From NCBI GenBank assembly GCA_051251855.1, contig JBPOGI010000006.1:224001-288000 (forward strand): a stretch of DNA of 64,000 nt, given 5' to 3'. A program made the translations under genes and the position numbers. Under the pieces are notes generated by a model. The model was not told the DNA's origin. It was given only the letters and a program-made list of their open reading frames with translations, and ran no database searches. Positions 1 to 10,704 of this stretch are shown piece after piece (the stretch's first letter is position 1; every line of letters starts with the position of its first letter). This stretch comes from Roseibacillus sp. Its GTDB lineage: Bacteria; Verrucomicrobiota; Verrucomicrobiia; Verrucomicrobiales; Akkermansiaceae.

Positions 1-303
1 CTGAGGTCGGAAAGGAAGCTGAAGACGCGACTGGTATTGGTCTTCCTGTTAGGGCTTCTCCATGGACTGGGATTCGCGGGCGCGCTAGCGAGCTATGTCG
101 ATCGTGATCAGCTCGTTTCCTCGGTGGCCGCGCTGAATATCGGAGTGGAGTTGGCGCAGATCAGCTTGCTGGCTTTGGCTTGGGTGCTGACGTGGAAATG
201 GCACGAAAAGCCCGCCTATGAAAGAGTGCGCCTGACAGGGAGTGTCTTGGTGGCTTCGGCGGGAGGCTTTTGGGCGGTGACTCGATTGTTGGAGCAGCTC
301 TAG
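1..303 (+). CDS. HupE/UreJ-family membrane protein, 3' part only (5' end outside the window)
   Basis: Frame is open from base 1. LGLLHGLGFA and NIGVELAQ motifs, hydrophobic helices; paralogous to 55612-56739. Confidence 0.85.
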   Translation: MRSERKLKTRLVLVFLLGLLHGLGFAGALASYVDRDQLVSSVAALNIGVELAQISLLALAWVLTWKWHEKPAYERVRLTGSVLVASAGGFWAVTRLLEQL

Positions 304-369
304 AGAAATGGCGAGGCAGCCTTTACTCCCGCCTGCAGTGAAAAGTGCGGCAATGAGGGGGCCGTCCCG

Positions 370-617
370 AATGGCGCTGCATTAAGCTAAAAATCAGAAG
401 ATAGCGAAGTCGGTGGCCGTAGGCTTCGGAGCGTGGCTTTGTAAGCCGCTGGGGTTGATCTCGCTACTAGGGAGACGACTCAATCGTTGCCAGATGAGTG
501 AGTTCGGAGGTGAGCAGGCCTACCCTGAATATGCGACACTACTAGGTTGCGGCTTGGAAAGACCACGCTCCTTACTCTTAGCCTGCGGCACGAAAAAACG
601 CTTAATGCAGTGGCATT
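370..617. mobile_element. MITE-like element, copy 1 (IS4-like terminal inverted repeats, internal REP doublet)
   Basis: Ends are AATGGCGCTGCATTAAGC (370-387) and GCTTAATGCAGTGGCATT (600-617). Internal inverted pair GGAGCGTGGCTTTGTAAGCCGC / GCGGCTTGGAAAGACCACGCTCC. An inverted homolog lies at 10705-10963. Confidence 0.65.
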
Positions 618-757
618 CGGGTCCGCCCCTCCTTGAAAGAGCCTCGAGGGGGGCGCACCTTAACACAGAAGGATTCAAGGGAATTGAGTCAGTGATAAGT
701 TGCTCGCTCGTTCGCCGTAGCTTAGAATCAACGCACGCCTCTAGTTCCCCTTTGTTC

Positions 758-2041
758 ATGAGTCTCAGCCGCCGACACTTTCTAAAATCCGCCGGGATCA
801 CCATTGCCTTGCCGTTCATGCCTTCTCTCCCTCTTCTGGGGCAGACGAAGTGGACTCATTCTTCGTTGAAAAAGCGCATGGTCTTTGTTTCCACTGGGCT
901 CGGGATGTATCCGGGAGCTTTTTTCCCGAAAGGATTCGGGCAGGCATTCGATCCTTCTCCCAGCCTCCGGCCAATGATGAAGCATTTGGGAGATTTTACG
1001 GTCTTCTCTAACATGGACCACCCGAACGTTCGCGGAGGCCACGGCGGTCTCAGTCATTTCTTAAATGGAGGCGACTTCGGGCGAGTGAAATCCAATCGCA
1101 TTGCCACCGTTGATCAGGTCGCCGCGACTGCGATGGGTTACGAAACGCGATTTCCTTCCCTTCATCTCTCTTTGGGAGGAAAAGGGTCGCCCTCGATCAC
1201 GACGTCGGGAACACAAAAGCGGGTGGAAGGCACCCCGCAACAATTGTTTGGCAAACTCTTTGTCGAAGATAGTGACGCCGCAAAACGAGCGTTGGCCAAA
1301 GATATTGAAGAGCAGGGGAGTATTCTTGATTTGATTCGGGAACAGGCGCGCTCGATCGGCAACCAAGTGAATCACAAAGACCGTGAAAAGCTGGATGAAT
1401 ACCTCACCGCCATTCGTGATGCCGAGCGCAAACTCCAAGGGATGAAAAAGTGGCAGCATGTTGATAAGCCCAAAGTGGACTCTGCGGTGGTGGAAGTGGA
1501 TCGAAAGAAGGCTAAGAGTGATGATAATAGCTTCGATACCGAAGCCTCCATGATGTTCGACTTGGTTCATTTGGCGATTGAGTCCGACTCGAGCCGAATC
1601 TTCACGATCAGCTTCGGAATGCATAATCGCCGTATTGACCTTGATGGCGTCAATAGCGGTTACCACAGCTTGTCTCACCATGGTCGGAGGCCAGATAAGC
1701 TGAAGCAGTTAGAAGTTCTCGAGTCTAACTATGTGACCCAAGTGTCTCGCCTCATGGATAGACTGAAAGAGAGTGGGAGCGAGGGAGGGAATCTGCTGGA
1801 TGAGACGATGATTCTCTTTGGAAGTGCCTTGAGTGATGCCGCGCGCCACTCCAATCGTGATTTGCCCATCATGCTGGCGGGTGGAGGATTTCAGCATAAA
1901 GGCCATGTCGATATGCAACAAACGGTCAACAAGAACGCCACTCCGCTCAATAACCTCTACACCTCGATGTTGCAAAATTTTGGGCTAGAGGTGGAAAAAT
2001 ACAATAGCGCGACCGGCGACTTGAATCACATTCTTACCTAA
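758..2041 (+). CDS. DUF1552 domain protein with Tat-like N-terminus
   Basis: MSLSRRHFLKSAG..ALP start; TVDQVAA, RFPSLHL, YHSLSHHG and HSNRDLPIMLAGG motifs. ATG at 758 chosen because the upstream extension runs through the MITE. Confidence 0.9.
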   Translation: MSLSRRHFLKSAGITIALPFMPSLPLLGQTKWTHSSLKKRMVFVSTGLGMYPGAFFPKGFGQAFDPSPSLRPMMKHLGDFTVFSNMDHPNVRGGHGGLSHFLNGGDFGRVKSNRIATVDQVAATAMGYETRFPSLHLSLGGKGSPSITTSGTQKRVEGTPQQLFGKLFVEDSDAAKRALAKDIEEQGSILDLIREQARSIGNQVNHKDREKLDEYLTAIRDAERKLQGMKKWQHVDKPKVDSAVVEVDRKKAKSDDNSFDTEASMMFDLVHLAIESDSSRIFTISFGMHNRRIDLDGVNSGYHSLSHHGRRPDKLKQLEVLESNYVTQVSRLMDRLKESGSEGGNLLDETMILFGSALSDAARHSNRDLPIMLAGGGFQHKGHVDMQQTVNKNATPLNNLYTSMLQNFGLEVEKYNSATGDLNHILT

Positions 2042-2051
2042 TCTGATTTCC

Positions 2052-4376
2052 ATGAAGTTCTTTCGTTCGCTGGCATTCTTAAGTGCCCTGATGACTCCGA
2101 TCTCGGCATCGGAGTTTGCACCCGTGATCCCATTTCTAGAGAAATACTGCATCGAATGCCACGGCGAGGAGAAGCAGGAAGGAAAAATCCGTTTGGACGA
2201 TGCCTTGAGTATCGGAGCGGACCTTTGGATTGACATTTATGATCAGTTGGAGGCTGACGAGATGCCTCCCTTTGAGGCTGATGTTCATCCTCCAGTCGTC
2301 GAGTTGGAAGAGATGATCCGGCTCATCGACAAAATTTCCCGAGATGAGCGTTTCACGGTTGCCACCGGCTATCGGCGTCTCAACAAGCGGGAGTATCGTA
2401 ATACTGTGCGGGACCTTCTCGGTTTGAATGAGAACAAGCTATTCGACCCAGCTAGCTTCATCTATGAAGACGTTGTTGAAGAAGGGTTCGACACCAATAG
2501 CGAGAACCTCATCATTACGAATGAACTTTTGATTGAGTATTTACGGTCTGCTCAAACAAGCCTGAGAACAGCGCTGAACATTGATACGCAGGAGCCGCCA
2601 GCTCAAAAGGTGACCGCCTATGTCCCTAAAGAACTCAGAGTTTCTGGCATCCTAACGACTAAGGGAAAGGATAGGGTGGTTCTCAGAACGGGCAATGGCT
2701 TTGTTACTGTAAAAGACGCAGAGAAAGCGGTTACTGTATCCGGTAATTACCGAATCCAAGTGACGGCGGCAGGGGTGGATCGCATCGAAGACAACAAATT
2801 CACTCGGCCCAACAATGTGCCCCCCAAAGGAGTTCCGTTTCAGATGGCAATTGCGGGGAGCTTCAAAGGTCAGTCGAAACTCTATCAAGAGTTCGATCTC
2901 AAAGACGAAGTGTTCACGACCCATGAAGCGGTGATCTGGCTGGACAAGGGTTCAATTCCACAAGTAATTGCCGTCAATGGCCATGGCAAACCTCGTAACA
3001 TTCAAAGGCATACTCCTGAGGAACATCGGCAGCCCTATCCCGGGGTGGCGGTCTCGGAGATCGTGATCGAAGGCCCTCTTGCCTTGGAGTGGCCTCCGCA
3101 AACTTATCGGGTCACTTATAATAGCGATGAGATGCCTGACTTTGAGGTCGCAGGTGAGCGGCGTAAGATTCTCAACAACTTCATCTCGCGTGCCTTCCGG
3201 CGCAATGTCCCTTCGGCGGAGCAGGAGAAGTTCTATCGCTATCTCGAAGAGGAATACAAGAAGGACCAGAATTGGCAGGAAGCGATGATTCGGACTTTTG
3301 CGGTCATTATGGCCTCGACTGATTTTCTTTATATCAAAGAAGACTTGGGAGAGCTCAATGGCTTTCAATTGGCGAACCGCCTCTCCTACTTTCTTTGGAG
3401 TACCATGCCCGACATGGAATTATTCGAGTTGGCTTATTCGGGCGATCTCCTGAATCCCAAAATTTACCGTGCGCAGGTGAGGCGTATGATGAGGGACCCT
3501 CGCACGGAGAATTTCACGGAAAGTTTCGCTTCACAATGGCTCTCGATTGACGAGCTGGGTCAAATGCGGCCCAGCGAAGATGAGAGACAGTATAAGGTTT
3601 ACTTTAACGAGCGTCTTGAGGAGTCAATGAGGCAAGAGACTCTCCTCTACTTTCAGCACGTGCTTTTTGAGAATTTGCCCATTACCGATTTCTTGGATAG
3701 CGACTATACTTTCTTAAATGAGCCTCTTGCTGAACTCTATGATATCCCTTTCGAAGCGGGCGAGGACCGCCGAGTGATGAAACTCGTCAGGCTTCCTCCG
3801 AAATCGGTGCGAGGTGGTTTGCTGGGTCACGCAAGTATCCATGCGGTCACTTCTAACGGGGTGGAGACTCTTCCGGTGACTCGTGGTCATTGGGTTCTTG
3901 ATGAGCTCATGGGCACGCCGCCACCACCGGCTCCGGAAGAGGTTCCCGCTCTCGTGCCGGACTTGACAGGGGTGGACACTCCTCGTGAACAGCTGAAGCG
4001 CCACCGAGAGGATCCCAAGTGCTTCTCCTGTCACCAGGTGATGGACCCAGCGGGGCTTGCGCTCGAGAGCTTCGACATTATCGGGCGCTATCGCACTGAC
4101 TATGGAAAGGGTTCTTCGCGTATCGACCCTTCGGGAAAATACCTTCATACCTCCTTCAAAGATATCCGCGGATTGCGCAAAGCTCTCCTTAAACAGGATT
4201 CCACCTTTGCCATTAACTTCATCGCTCGTATTGCGGAATATGGCAAAGGGCGAGAACTCAATCGTGACGATATGGATATCGTGTATCAGATAGCGCGGAA
4301 AGCTCAGCGTGAGGGTTTTCGGTTCATGACCATCATGGTGGATATTCTCAACAGTGACTTGATTCTGCGGCGGTAG
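2052..4376 (+). CDS. DUF1592/DUF1588 (PSD/PSCyt) planctomycete-type cytochrome c domain protein
   Basis: Signal peptide; heme motifs CIECH and CFSCH; RRLNKREYRNTVRDLLG, LANRLSYFLWSTMPD and RGGLLG motifs; adjacent to a DUF1552 gene. Confidence 0.9.
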   Translation: MKFFRSLAFLSALMTPISASEFAPVIPFLEKYCIECHGEEKQEGKIRLDDALSIGADLWIDIYDQLEADEMPPFEADVHPPVVELEEMIRLIDKISRDERFTVATGYRRLNKREYRNTVRDLLGLNENKLFDPASFIYEDVVEEGFDTNSENLIITNELLIEYLRSAQTSLRTALNIDTQEPPAQKVTAYVPKELRVSGILTTKGKDRVVLRTGNGFVTVKDAEKAVTVSGNYRIQVTAAGVDRIEDNKFTRPNNVPPKGVPFQMAIAGSFKGQSKLYQEFDLKDEVFTTHEAVIWLDKGSIPQVIAVNGHGKPRNIQRHTPEEHRQPYPGVAVSEIVIEGPLALEWPPQTYRVTYNSDEMPDFEVAGERRKILNNFISRAFRRNVPSAEQEKFYRYLEEEYKKDQNWQEAMIRTFAVIMASTDFLYIKEDLGELNGFQLANRLSYFLWSTMPDMELFELAYSGDLLNPKIYRAQVRRMMRDPRTENFTESFASQWLSIDELGQMRPSEDERQYKVYFNERLEESMRQETLLYFQHVLFENLPITDFLDSDYTFLNEPLAELYDIPFEAGEDRRVMKLVRLPPKSVRGGLLGHASIHAVTSNGVETLPVTRGHWVLDELMGTPPPPAPEEVPALVPDLTGVDTPREQLKRHREDPKCFSCHQVMDPAGLALESFDIIGRYRTDYGKGSSRIDPSGKYLHTSFKDIRGLRKALLKQDSTFAINFIARIAEYGKGRELNRDDMDIVYQIARKAQREGFRFMTIMVDILNSDLILRR

Positions 4377-4478
4377 TGGGGCTGGTTTGGCGGAGTGGGT
4401 TGTGAAAAGCGTCCTAGACTCGGAGTGCTGTTCTGGCAGGATGTCGGGCGCACTCAGTGACTACTGAGATTTCAATTC

Positions 4479-5348
4479 ATGAAGACTCTTCTTTCTATCG
4501 CGACTATCTTTTTTTCCGGAGGCCTCTCTTGCGCTGAACCTCTCGCTGAGGAGGGATTCGAAACGATTTTCAATGGGAAGGATTGGGAGGGGTGGTATTT
4601 GAAGATTCGAAGTGGCGATGAGGAATTGGCCAAGAAGGTGTTCGCGATCGAGGAGGGTGTGATTCACGTCTTTAACGACCAATTCCCAGATGACTACGAG
4701 GTCGATAAGAAGGACAACAAGACTCATGGCATGCTCTACTATGAGAAGAAGTGCTCACACTACGTGTTGCGATTCGATTACAAGTGGGGTGATAAGAAGG
4801 CTAACAATTTTGAGGAGTGGCAGTACGATGCTGGCGTCTACTATCATGTGATCGACGATTCGATTTGGCCCACGGGCATCGAATATCAAATCCGCTACGA
4901 CCACACCAAAGACCGCAATCACACCGGGGATCTCATTCGACCTGGTAAAGTGAGATACGACTGGTTTTGTGCCGATGACTTCACTTACTTGCATCCTGAC
5001 GAGGGAGGGAAGCCGGAACAGGAAGTGAATGAGAAGAAGCAGTGGCTTCACTACGCCTCACATACCGATAATCATCACGCGCTCGATGGGCAGTGGAATG
5101 CGTGTGAGATTATTGTGATGGGGGACCAGTTTGCGATTCATAAGCTGAATGGCGAGGTCGTGAACATGGCTTTCAACCTAGAACCCTCGACAGGGATTTT
5201 CGGTTTTCAATCGGAAACGGCCGAGATTTTTTACCGCAATATTCGCCTGAAGGAGTTCGAGGAGCCGGTTCCCGCGAAGGAGTTTCTTGGTGAGGACTCA
5301 ACCCCTGTCGAAAAAGAAGAGCCTAGCGACGAGGCGGGCGAAGACTAA
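4479..5348 (+). CDS. DUF1080 (3-keto-disaccharide hydrolase family) secreted protein
   Basis: Signal peptide; IFNGKDWEGW, GIEYQI, GQWN and FQSETAEIFYRNIRLKE motifs. Confidence 0.85.
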   Translation: MKTLLSIATIFFSGGLSCAEPLAEEGFETIFNGKDWEGWYLKIRSGDEELAKKVFAIEEGVIHVFNDQFPDDYEVDKKDNKTHGMLYYEKKCSHYVLRFDYKWGDKKANNFEEWQYDAGVYYHVIDDSIWPTGIEYQIRYDHTKDRNHTGDLIRPGKVRYDWFCADDFTYLHPDEGGKPEQEVNEKKQWLHYASHTDNHHALDGQWNACEIIVMGDQFAIHKLNGEVVNMAFNLEPSTGIFGFQSETAEIFYRNIRLKEFEEPVPAKEFLGEDSTPVEKEEPSDEAGED

Positions 5349-5352
5349 AACT

Positions 5353-6873
5353 TTACGGAGTGTGTTTCTTGATGAATTCAAGCACCGGAGTGGGGTCCTT
5401 CATGCCATGGGAGTGACCTTTGTTCTCGATGATGACTTTGATTGAACCGCCTAACGCTTTGTAACGCTGCTCCATGATGGCATCATTTTCTTCATAGGGC
5501 ACCGCGTGGTCCTTGTTGCCGCAGACCATCAAAATGGGGACTCCAGCTTTAGCGAGCGGCTCCAAGAGGTCGATGGGACTTTCTTTGGTCTTCAGCGCTT
5601 CTTCATCGGTCGCGTAGCCAAACTTTTTCTTAAAGCCTCCCCATGATTTCGGGGCGCCGTTGCCCTTCGATGAGTTGCCGGGGACTTTGCTTCCGGCGGG
5701 CCAACTCAAGACATTGCAAACGCCATTGTCCACGTAGATGCTTGCGACCTTTTCGGGGTTGTTGGTTGCCCAACGAAAGAGGGACAAGGTTCCGCGGCTC
5801 ATGGAGGCCATCGAGCATTTTTCCGAAAAACCATAAACGGTTGTGAGCAGCTTGTAGGCGGCATCAATGTTGGCGTTGCCGCTCGGATGTCCGGCGACAT
5901 CGCCGTGCACGAGAACAACATGATATCCCTGTTCGACGAGCTTGAGATCGGCTTGATAAAAGAGAGGGATGGCATCCCAGAAGAGGCTGCGCCAAAGCCA
6001 GGGTTTTCCGGGAGCGGCTTCTTTGGGGCAAATTACGGTGACGGGAACTCCTTCCGTTTTGAATTGATAGCGGTCAAAGCCATGGAAGTCCTTCTTCTCT
6101 CCGGGGAATACGTTGGGGGAGGTGTCGGCTTGAATGAGCTCGATGGCTTTGTCGGCAAGACGTTGGCCAAAAATTCGATAACCTTCGCGGGTGTAGTGGA
6201 CATCGTTTCTGGGTTTCCCTGTTTTGGCGTCGGTCATGTCATTGAGGTCATCGGTGTTGACCCAGATGCGGGTAGGCTTGGCATTGGCAAAGGCGACTTG
6301 GAGGTCTCGCATCGCTGGCCATTCCGGGTGCTTTCCGGTCTCGAGGGTGTAGTCGCTCAGTCTCCCCAGAACGAGTAGGAGGTCATCTCGCCCAAGGTCT
6401 TTCTTCAATCGGGCGAGTAGCCTTTCTAAGCTCTTTTTGTAAACGCCTGTTTGGAATCTCGCGGCGTCATTTTCGCCCTGCATCCAGAGAAAGGTGACGG
6501 TGAGGATTTCACGCTCAGCAATCGCCTTTTTGATATTCTTGAGCAAGCGGTCATACAAGTGACCGCTTTCTTGTGCGGGCTGGCCTTTGGTTGATTTCCA
6601 ATCCCGATCCCAAGCGCTGATGGAGCGACCTCCCTTGGCGTCCTTGACCACGATCACGGAGTCGTCTCCAAGGGCTTCTACTATTGCGGGAGTGAATGAG
6701 ATCCCGGGATCGAGGCGCGCCATATTCGATTGGCCCGACAGAATGAAGAGATGGGCCGCTTCCTTTGAAGAGGATTCGCCTTCTTTTGGATAGAAGTAGA
6801 ATTCTGCCGCTTGAGCTGAGAGCGCGGCTCCCATGAGGAGGACGAGGAGGGCATTCTTAATTTGATTGTTCAT
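5353..6873 (-). CDS. Sialate O-acetylesterase (SASA) domain fused to an alpha/beta hydrolase domain
   Basis: Signal peptide; LSGQSNM, WMQGEND and DVHY (SASA); C-terminal domain with SMSRG nucleophile elbow, D-HAVPYEEN and GHSHG. Confidence 0.8.
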   Translation of the reverse strand: MNNQIKNALLVLLMGAALSAQAAEFYFYPKEGESSSKEAAHLFILSGQSNMARLDPGISFTPAIVEALGDDSVIVVKDAKGGRSISAWDRDWKSTKGQPAQESGHLYDRLLKNIKKAIAEREILTVTFLWMQGENDAARFQTGVYKKSLERLLARLKKDLGRDDLLLVLGRLSDYTLETGKHPEWPAMRDLQVAFANAKPTRIWVNTDDLNDMTDAKTGKPRNDVHYTREGYRIFGQRLADKAIELIQADTSPNVFPGEKKDFHGFDRYQFKTEGVPVTVICPKEAAPGKPWLWRSLFWDAIPLFYQADLKLVEQGYHVVLVHGDVAGHPSGNANIDAAYKLLTTVYGFSEKCSMASMSRGTLSLFRWATNNPEKVASIYVDNGVCNVLSWPAGSKVPGNSSKGNGAPKSWGGFKKKFGYATDEEALKTKESPIDLLEPLAKAGVPILMVCGNKDHAVPYEENDAIMEQRYKALGGSIKVIIENKGHSHGMKDPTPVLEFIKKHTP

Positions 6874-7062
6874 CGATTAGACGGGTAGGAATGAGCTGTT
6901 CTACTACGTTTAAGGCAGGGCCTGAATATCATCGGATTTTCTTGCTGCTTCTTTGTGCGAAAAGGTTCCAGAATGAAGACACTACGGAAAACATTTCCTA
7001 AATCATTCTTGATACGATTCAATCCGAACCAAGAGAATCTCAATAGCCTCCACAAACTCTTC

Positions 7063-8559
7063 ATGAAAAATCGACTTCTTTTATTCGCTCTGTCTTCGCT
7101 GACAGCCTTCTCCTGGGCCGAGCCAACATCTCAGCCCAACGTGGTGATTCTCTATGCCGATGATATGGGCGTAGCAGATGTCTCTTACGGCGATAGCGAG
7201 GCTAAGATTCAAACCCCGAATATCGACCGGTTGGCGGAGCAAGGGATGACTTTTACTGATGGGCATAGTTCTTCCGGTATTTGCACACCGAGTCGTTATG
7301 CTCTTCTAACCGGCCAGCATCATTGGCGACGCTTCCATGGCATTGTGAACGCCTTTGGGGAATCTGTCTTTGAGCCTGAGGAGTTTACCATTGCTCGTAT
7401 GTTCAAGGAGCAGGGCTATCACACGGGTTGCTTTGGGAAGTGGCATCTAGGCTGGGACTGGGATGCCATTCGTAAGCCGGGTGAAAAGGCGAAAGCCACG
7501 AGTGCAGAAGCTTATGATTGGACCAAGCCCTTTCCCGGGGGACCTCTCGACCAAGGTTTTGACCGTTACTTTGGTGACGGTACCATCAACTTCCCGCCCT
7601 ACTGCTGGATCGAGGATGATCGCTTTGCCACCATTCCCGTTAAGCCGGTCATGAAGTCGCGTCCTCTCGCGGGGGGCGGGGGATTCCGTGGCGGACCAAT
7701 GGCAGAGGACTGGAACCCCTATGACATTCTTCCTACCATTACCAAGAAGACTGTTGAATGGATTGAAGAGCAGGAAGCTGGAAAACCTTTCTTCGCTTAC
7801 CTTGCTTTCAACTCACCGCACTATCCCATTGTTCCGAACAAGCAGTTTCATGGGAAGTCGCAGGCGGGTTACTATGGAGACTTCATGATTGAGACCGATG
7901 CTATGGTGGGTCAGGTGGTAGCGGCTTTGAAAGAGAAGGGTTTGTTAGAAAATACAATCGTGATTTTCACGGCTGATAATGGAGCGGAAAATTTAGGTTT
8001 CGACCGCCTTGAAAAATTCGGCCATTGGAGCTCCGGAGACTTTCGTGGCTTGAAGCGTGATATCTACGAGGGCGGTCATCGGGTGCCCTTCATCGTGAGT
8101 TGGCCGGGAAAAGTTGAGGCTGGTTCTCGCTCGGATGAGGTGGTGAGTCAGGTTGATTTGGCTGCCACCTTTGCTGAAATTACAGGTTATTCGCTGAACA
8201 ACGAAGAGGCCATCGATAGCTACAATCTCTTGCCGGTTTGGAAAGGGGAGGAATACGAGAGTCCCTTGCGGGCGGCCACGGTGCAGAATACCAATCCTGG
8301 TGCCTATGCTCTGCGCGAAGGGGACTGGGTCTTTATCAATAAGTCTTCAGGAGCGGCTCAGAAGGAGAAGAAGAGCTATCTCGAGCACTTCGAGTTGAAG
8401 ACCTTTTCTAAAGAAACCGAGGGGCTGCTCTTCAACCTGAAGGAGGATTCTCGGCAGTCTCAAAATGTTGCCGAGGAACATCCTGAGAAAGTCGCTGCAA
8501 TGCGAGCGCTCTTGGACCGGTATGTGGGTGGAGAGCGTTGTGCCCCTGAGAGAAAATGA
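7063..8559 (+). CDS. Arylsulfatase (Cys-type)
   Basis: [23 protein letters not shown] and YEGGHRVP motifs; signal peptide from ATG 7063. Confidence 0.93.
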   Translation: MKNRLLLFALSSLTAFSWAEPTSQPNVVILYADDMGVADVSYGDSEAKIQTPNIDRLAEQGMTFTDGHSSSGICTPSRYALLTGQHHWRRFHGIVNAFGESVFEPEEFTIARMFKEQGYHTGCFGKWHLGWDWDAIRKPGEKAKATSAEAYDWTKPFPGGPLDQGFDRYFGDGTINFPPYCWIEDDRFATIPVKPVMKSRPLAGGGGFRGGPMAEDWNPYDILPTITKKTVEWIEEQEAGKPFFAYLAFNSPHYPIVPNKQFHGKSQAGYYGDFMIETDAMVGQVVAALKEKGLLENTIVIFTADNGAENLGFDRLEKFGHWSSGDFRGLKRDIYEGGHRVPFIVSWPGKVEAGSRSDEVVSQVDLAATFAEITGYSLNNEEAIDSYNLLPVWKGEEYESPLRAATVQNTNPGAYALREGDWVFINKSSGAAQKEKKSYLEHFELKTFSKETEGLLFNLKEDSRQSQNVAEEHPEKVAAMRALLDRYVGGERCAPERK

Positions 8560-10061
8560 ACCTATTGAAAATCACTTCGGCTGCTCTTGTCTTCTGGAGC
8601 GGGTTCGCTTTTGGAGCCGACACGAGCCTTTCAGGTAGTCGGCCAAACATCATCGTCATCATGGCAGATGATTTGGGCTATGCCGATGTGGGTTTCAATG
8701 GTTGCCAAGATATTCCGACACCCAACATTGATCGACTGGCCAAAGACGGAGCGCAGTTTACCTCGGGATATGTCACCGGTTCCATGTGTGGGCCTTCACG
8801 AGCAGGTTTCCTCACGGGAAAAATCCAATCGACCTTTGGTTGGTATAATAATCCCAAACAACCTTTGAATCCGACTCATGGTTTGCCAAAGGGCATCAAG
8901 ACCGTGGCCTCGGAGCTCAAGAGCCTGGGTTACAAGACGGGCGGAGTGGGGAAGTGGCACATGGGCACGACCCCTGACCAGCATCCGAATGCCCTGGGTT
9001 ATGATGATTGGTATGGCTTCCTCAGTGGTGGCCGCTATTACTATCCGAATGACCATCCCAACTATGAAGGGAAATATCTCACAAAGGAGGAGCCGTGGGA
9101 TATGCGTCGGATTCATCACACCCTTCCCATCATGCATAATGATGAGGTGTTAGAGTGGGACCAATACCTGACCCGTGAACTCACCGATTACTCGCTCAAG
9201 TTCATTGACGATAATCAAGAGAAGCCTTTCTTCCTGTTCGTTTCCTACAATGCGCCGCACCTTGAGCTGGAAGCGCCCGAAGAAACGATTGCGCTCTTTC
9301 CTCCTGAGAAGATGACTCAGGTGCCGGGTGTGACCCAGGAAAGCCGTTCCATCTATGCCGCGATGACCTTTGAGATGGATCAAGGGATCGGCCAAATCAT
9401 TCGAGACTTGGAAGAAAAGGACTTGTTAGAAAACACTCTCATTTGGTTTCTGAGCGATAATGGGGGCATGAGGAAGACGAGCGATAACCGGCCGCTGAAG
9501 GGGTCGAAAGGCTCGCTATACGAAGGGGGATTGCGGGTTCCTTTCGTGGCCCATTGGCCGAAGGGGATTCCGTCGGGAACGAGCGTCGAGCATGCGGTGA
9601 CTTCACTTGATATTGGGGCCACCTCGGTGGTGATCGCGGGAGGAGATTTGGCGAAGACGGACTTTGACGGGGTGGACTTGCGCGATGCCTTGGCTGGTGG
9701 GGAGGCCCCTCACAAAGAGCTTTATTGGAGTTGGAGCCACCATGAGGGCCATCAAAAATCTGTGCGCGGAGTGTTCCTCAAGGACGGTTACAAGTTGATT
9801 CTCCAAGGAAGTAGAAGGCAGTTGTTTCATCTCTCGGAAGACCTTTCGGAAAGCCAAGACCTTTCGAAGGGTGAACCTGGCCTGGTGCAAGAGCTTTCCG
9901 CACGCTGGCAGGAGCTGAACAAGGCGAGTCGCCCGGGGTATTTCAAACAGCCCCAGAAAGGTCCCAACGCCCACCAATATGCCAACTATGATTGGCTCAA
10001 AGGGACTCCGCACTACAAAGAGGATGAGGATCCGGCTTCTTGGGTTAAGGAACTTCCTTGA
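8556..10061 (+). CDS. Sulfatase (Cys-type)
   Basis: [23 protein letters not shown] and YEGGLRVP motifs; ATGA overlap with the upstream sulfatase. Confidence 0.93.
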   Translation: MNLLKITSAALVFWSGFAFGADTSLSGSRPNIIVIMADDLGYADVGFNGCQDIPTPNIDRLAKDGAQFTSGYVTGSMCGPSRAGFLTGKIQSTFGWYNNPKQPLNPTHGLPKGIKTVASELKSLGYKTGGVGKWHMGTTPDQHPNALGYDDWYGFLSGGRYYYPNDHPNYEGKYLTKEEPWDMRRIHHTLPIMHNDEVLEWDQYLTRELTDYSLKFIDDNQEKPFFLFVSYNAPHLELEAPEETIALFPPEKMTQVPGVTQESRSIYAAMTFEMDQGIGQIIRDLEEKDLLENTLIWFLSDNGGMRKTSDNRPLKGSKGSLYEGGLRVPFVAHWPKGIPSGTSVEHAVTSLDIGATSVVIAGGDLAKTDFDGVDLRDALAGGEAPHKELYWSWSHHEGHQKSVRGVFLKDGYKLILQGSRRQLFHLSEDLSESQDLSKGEPGLVQELSARWQELNKASRPGYFKQPQKGPNAHQYANYDWLKGTPHYKEDEDPASWVKELP

Positions 10062-10560
10062 GAAGTTCTTTCACTAGCTTTTGATACTTGTCGCCATCGC
10101 CTCCGTGGTAGGGGCCGGCCATGTGATTGTAGCGGAGCTTTCCGGTGTGGTCGAAGATGAGGTAGTAGGGGACGTATTCGACAGGAGCTTTTTCGAAATC
10201 GGTGAACCTCATCACCGAAAGGTTTTTTATCTCTTTGCTCCAACCGTTTTTCTTGAGGAGAGCGAGGGCGCTGTCTTTGCTACCGCTTTGGCAGTAGGAA
10301 GCGATGAGGTGAAAGGGTTGCTCCTTAAGCGACTTGGCCAGACCGACCATGCCCGGAGTGAGCTGTTTGCAGCCGCCTCATCCGCCCCAAATCACGAGGA
10401 GGGTGACTTTACCTTTGAGGTCGGCGGGCGCTTTCAGCTTCGGGCCTGCCCAGTTCGTGCCCCACTCGATGTCTTGGATGGAGCCTTCCACTTTACGGTT
10501 GTCTTGGTCGGCTGAGAGAGGGAGGCAGAGAAGGGCGGTGGCGAGGAATAATCTGAGCAT
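10045..10560 (-). CDS. Secreted TlpA/thioredoxin-like redoxin with in-frame TGA (probable selenoprotein, UxxC), 171 aa
   Basis: ORFs 10378-10560 and 10045-10350 are in the same frame, reading ...DLKGKVTLLVIWGG-TGA-GGCKQLTPGMVGL... The TGA occupies the first Cys position of CxxC. cis-Pro-like segment YVPYYLIFDHTGKLRY. Confidence 0.75.
10335..10349 (-). promoter_or_regulatory. Candidate bacterial SECIS hairpin
   Basis: On the minus strand, TGGTC-GGTCT-GGCCA can pair as a 5-6 bp stem. The G-initiated loop starts 33 nt after the in-frame TGA. Confidence 0.5.
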
Positions 10561-10656
10561 GATGGGAATAAGACGATTTATCCTACTCTTGTATTCCCCG
10601 AGTGGCGAGATTTAGTGAGGGAAGAAGATGTCTACTCCGAATTCTGGTGGTGGTAG

Positions 10657-10704
10657 TGGGGCCCCGACTTTTTTCGGGGTAACCGAGCTGAAGACTCGCG
10701 GTCC
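10657..10704. repeat. REP-like palindromic unit (GGGGCCCCGAC..TCGGGG..CGAGCTGAAGACTCGCGGTCC)
   Basis: Related units at about 13863-13908 (CGGACTGAAGTCCGCACTCC), 21421-21460 (degenerate) and 55575-55595 (CGGGCTGAAAACCCGCGGTCC). Confidence 0.55.

Noticed and set aside
413..757. 115-aa N-terminal extension of the DUF1552 ORF
   Set aside because: It runs through the MITE; the family-typical SRRHFLK start is at 758.
10378..10560. Separate 60-aa and 101-aa genes, or a pseudogene
   Set aside because: The two ORFs are in frame, the TGA falls on the redox Cys position and a SECIS-like hairpin follows. One recoded gene is the better reading, though a pseudogene is not excluded.
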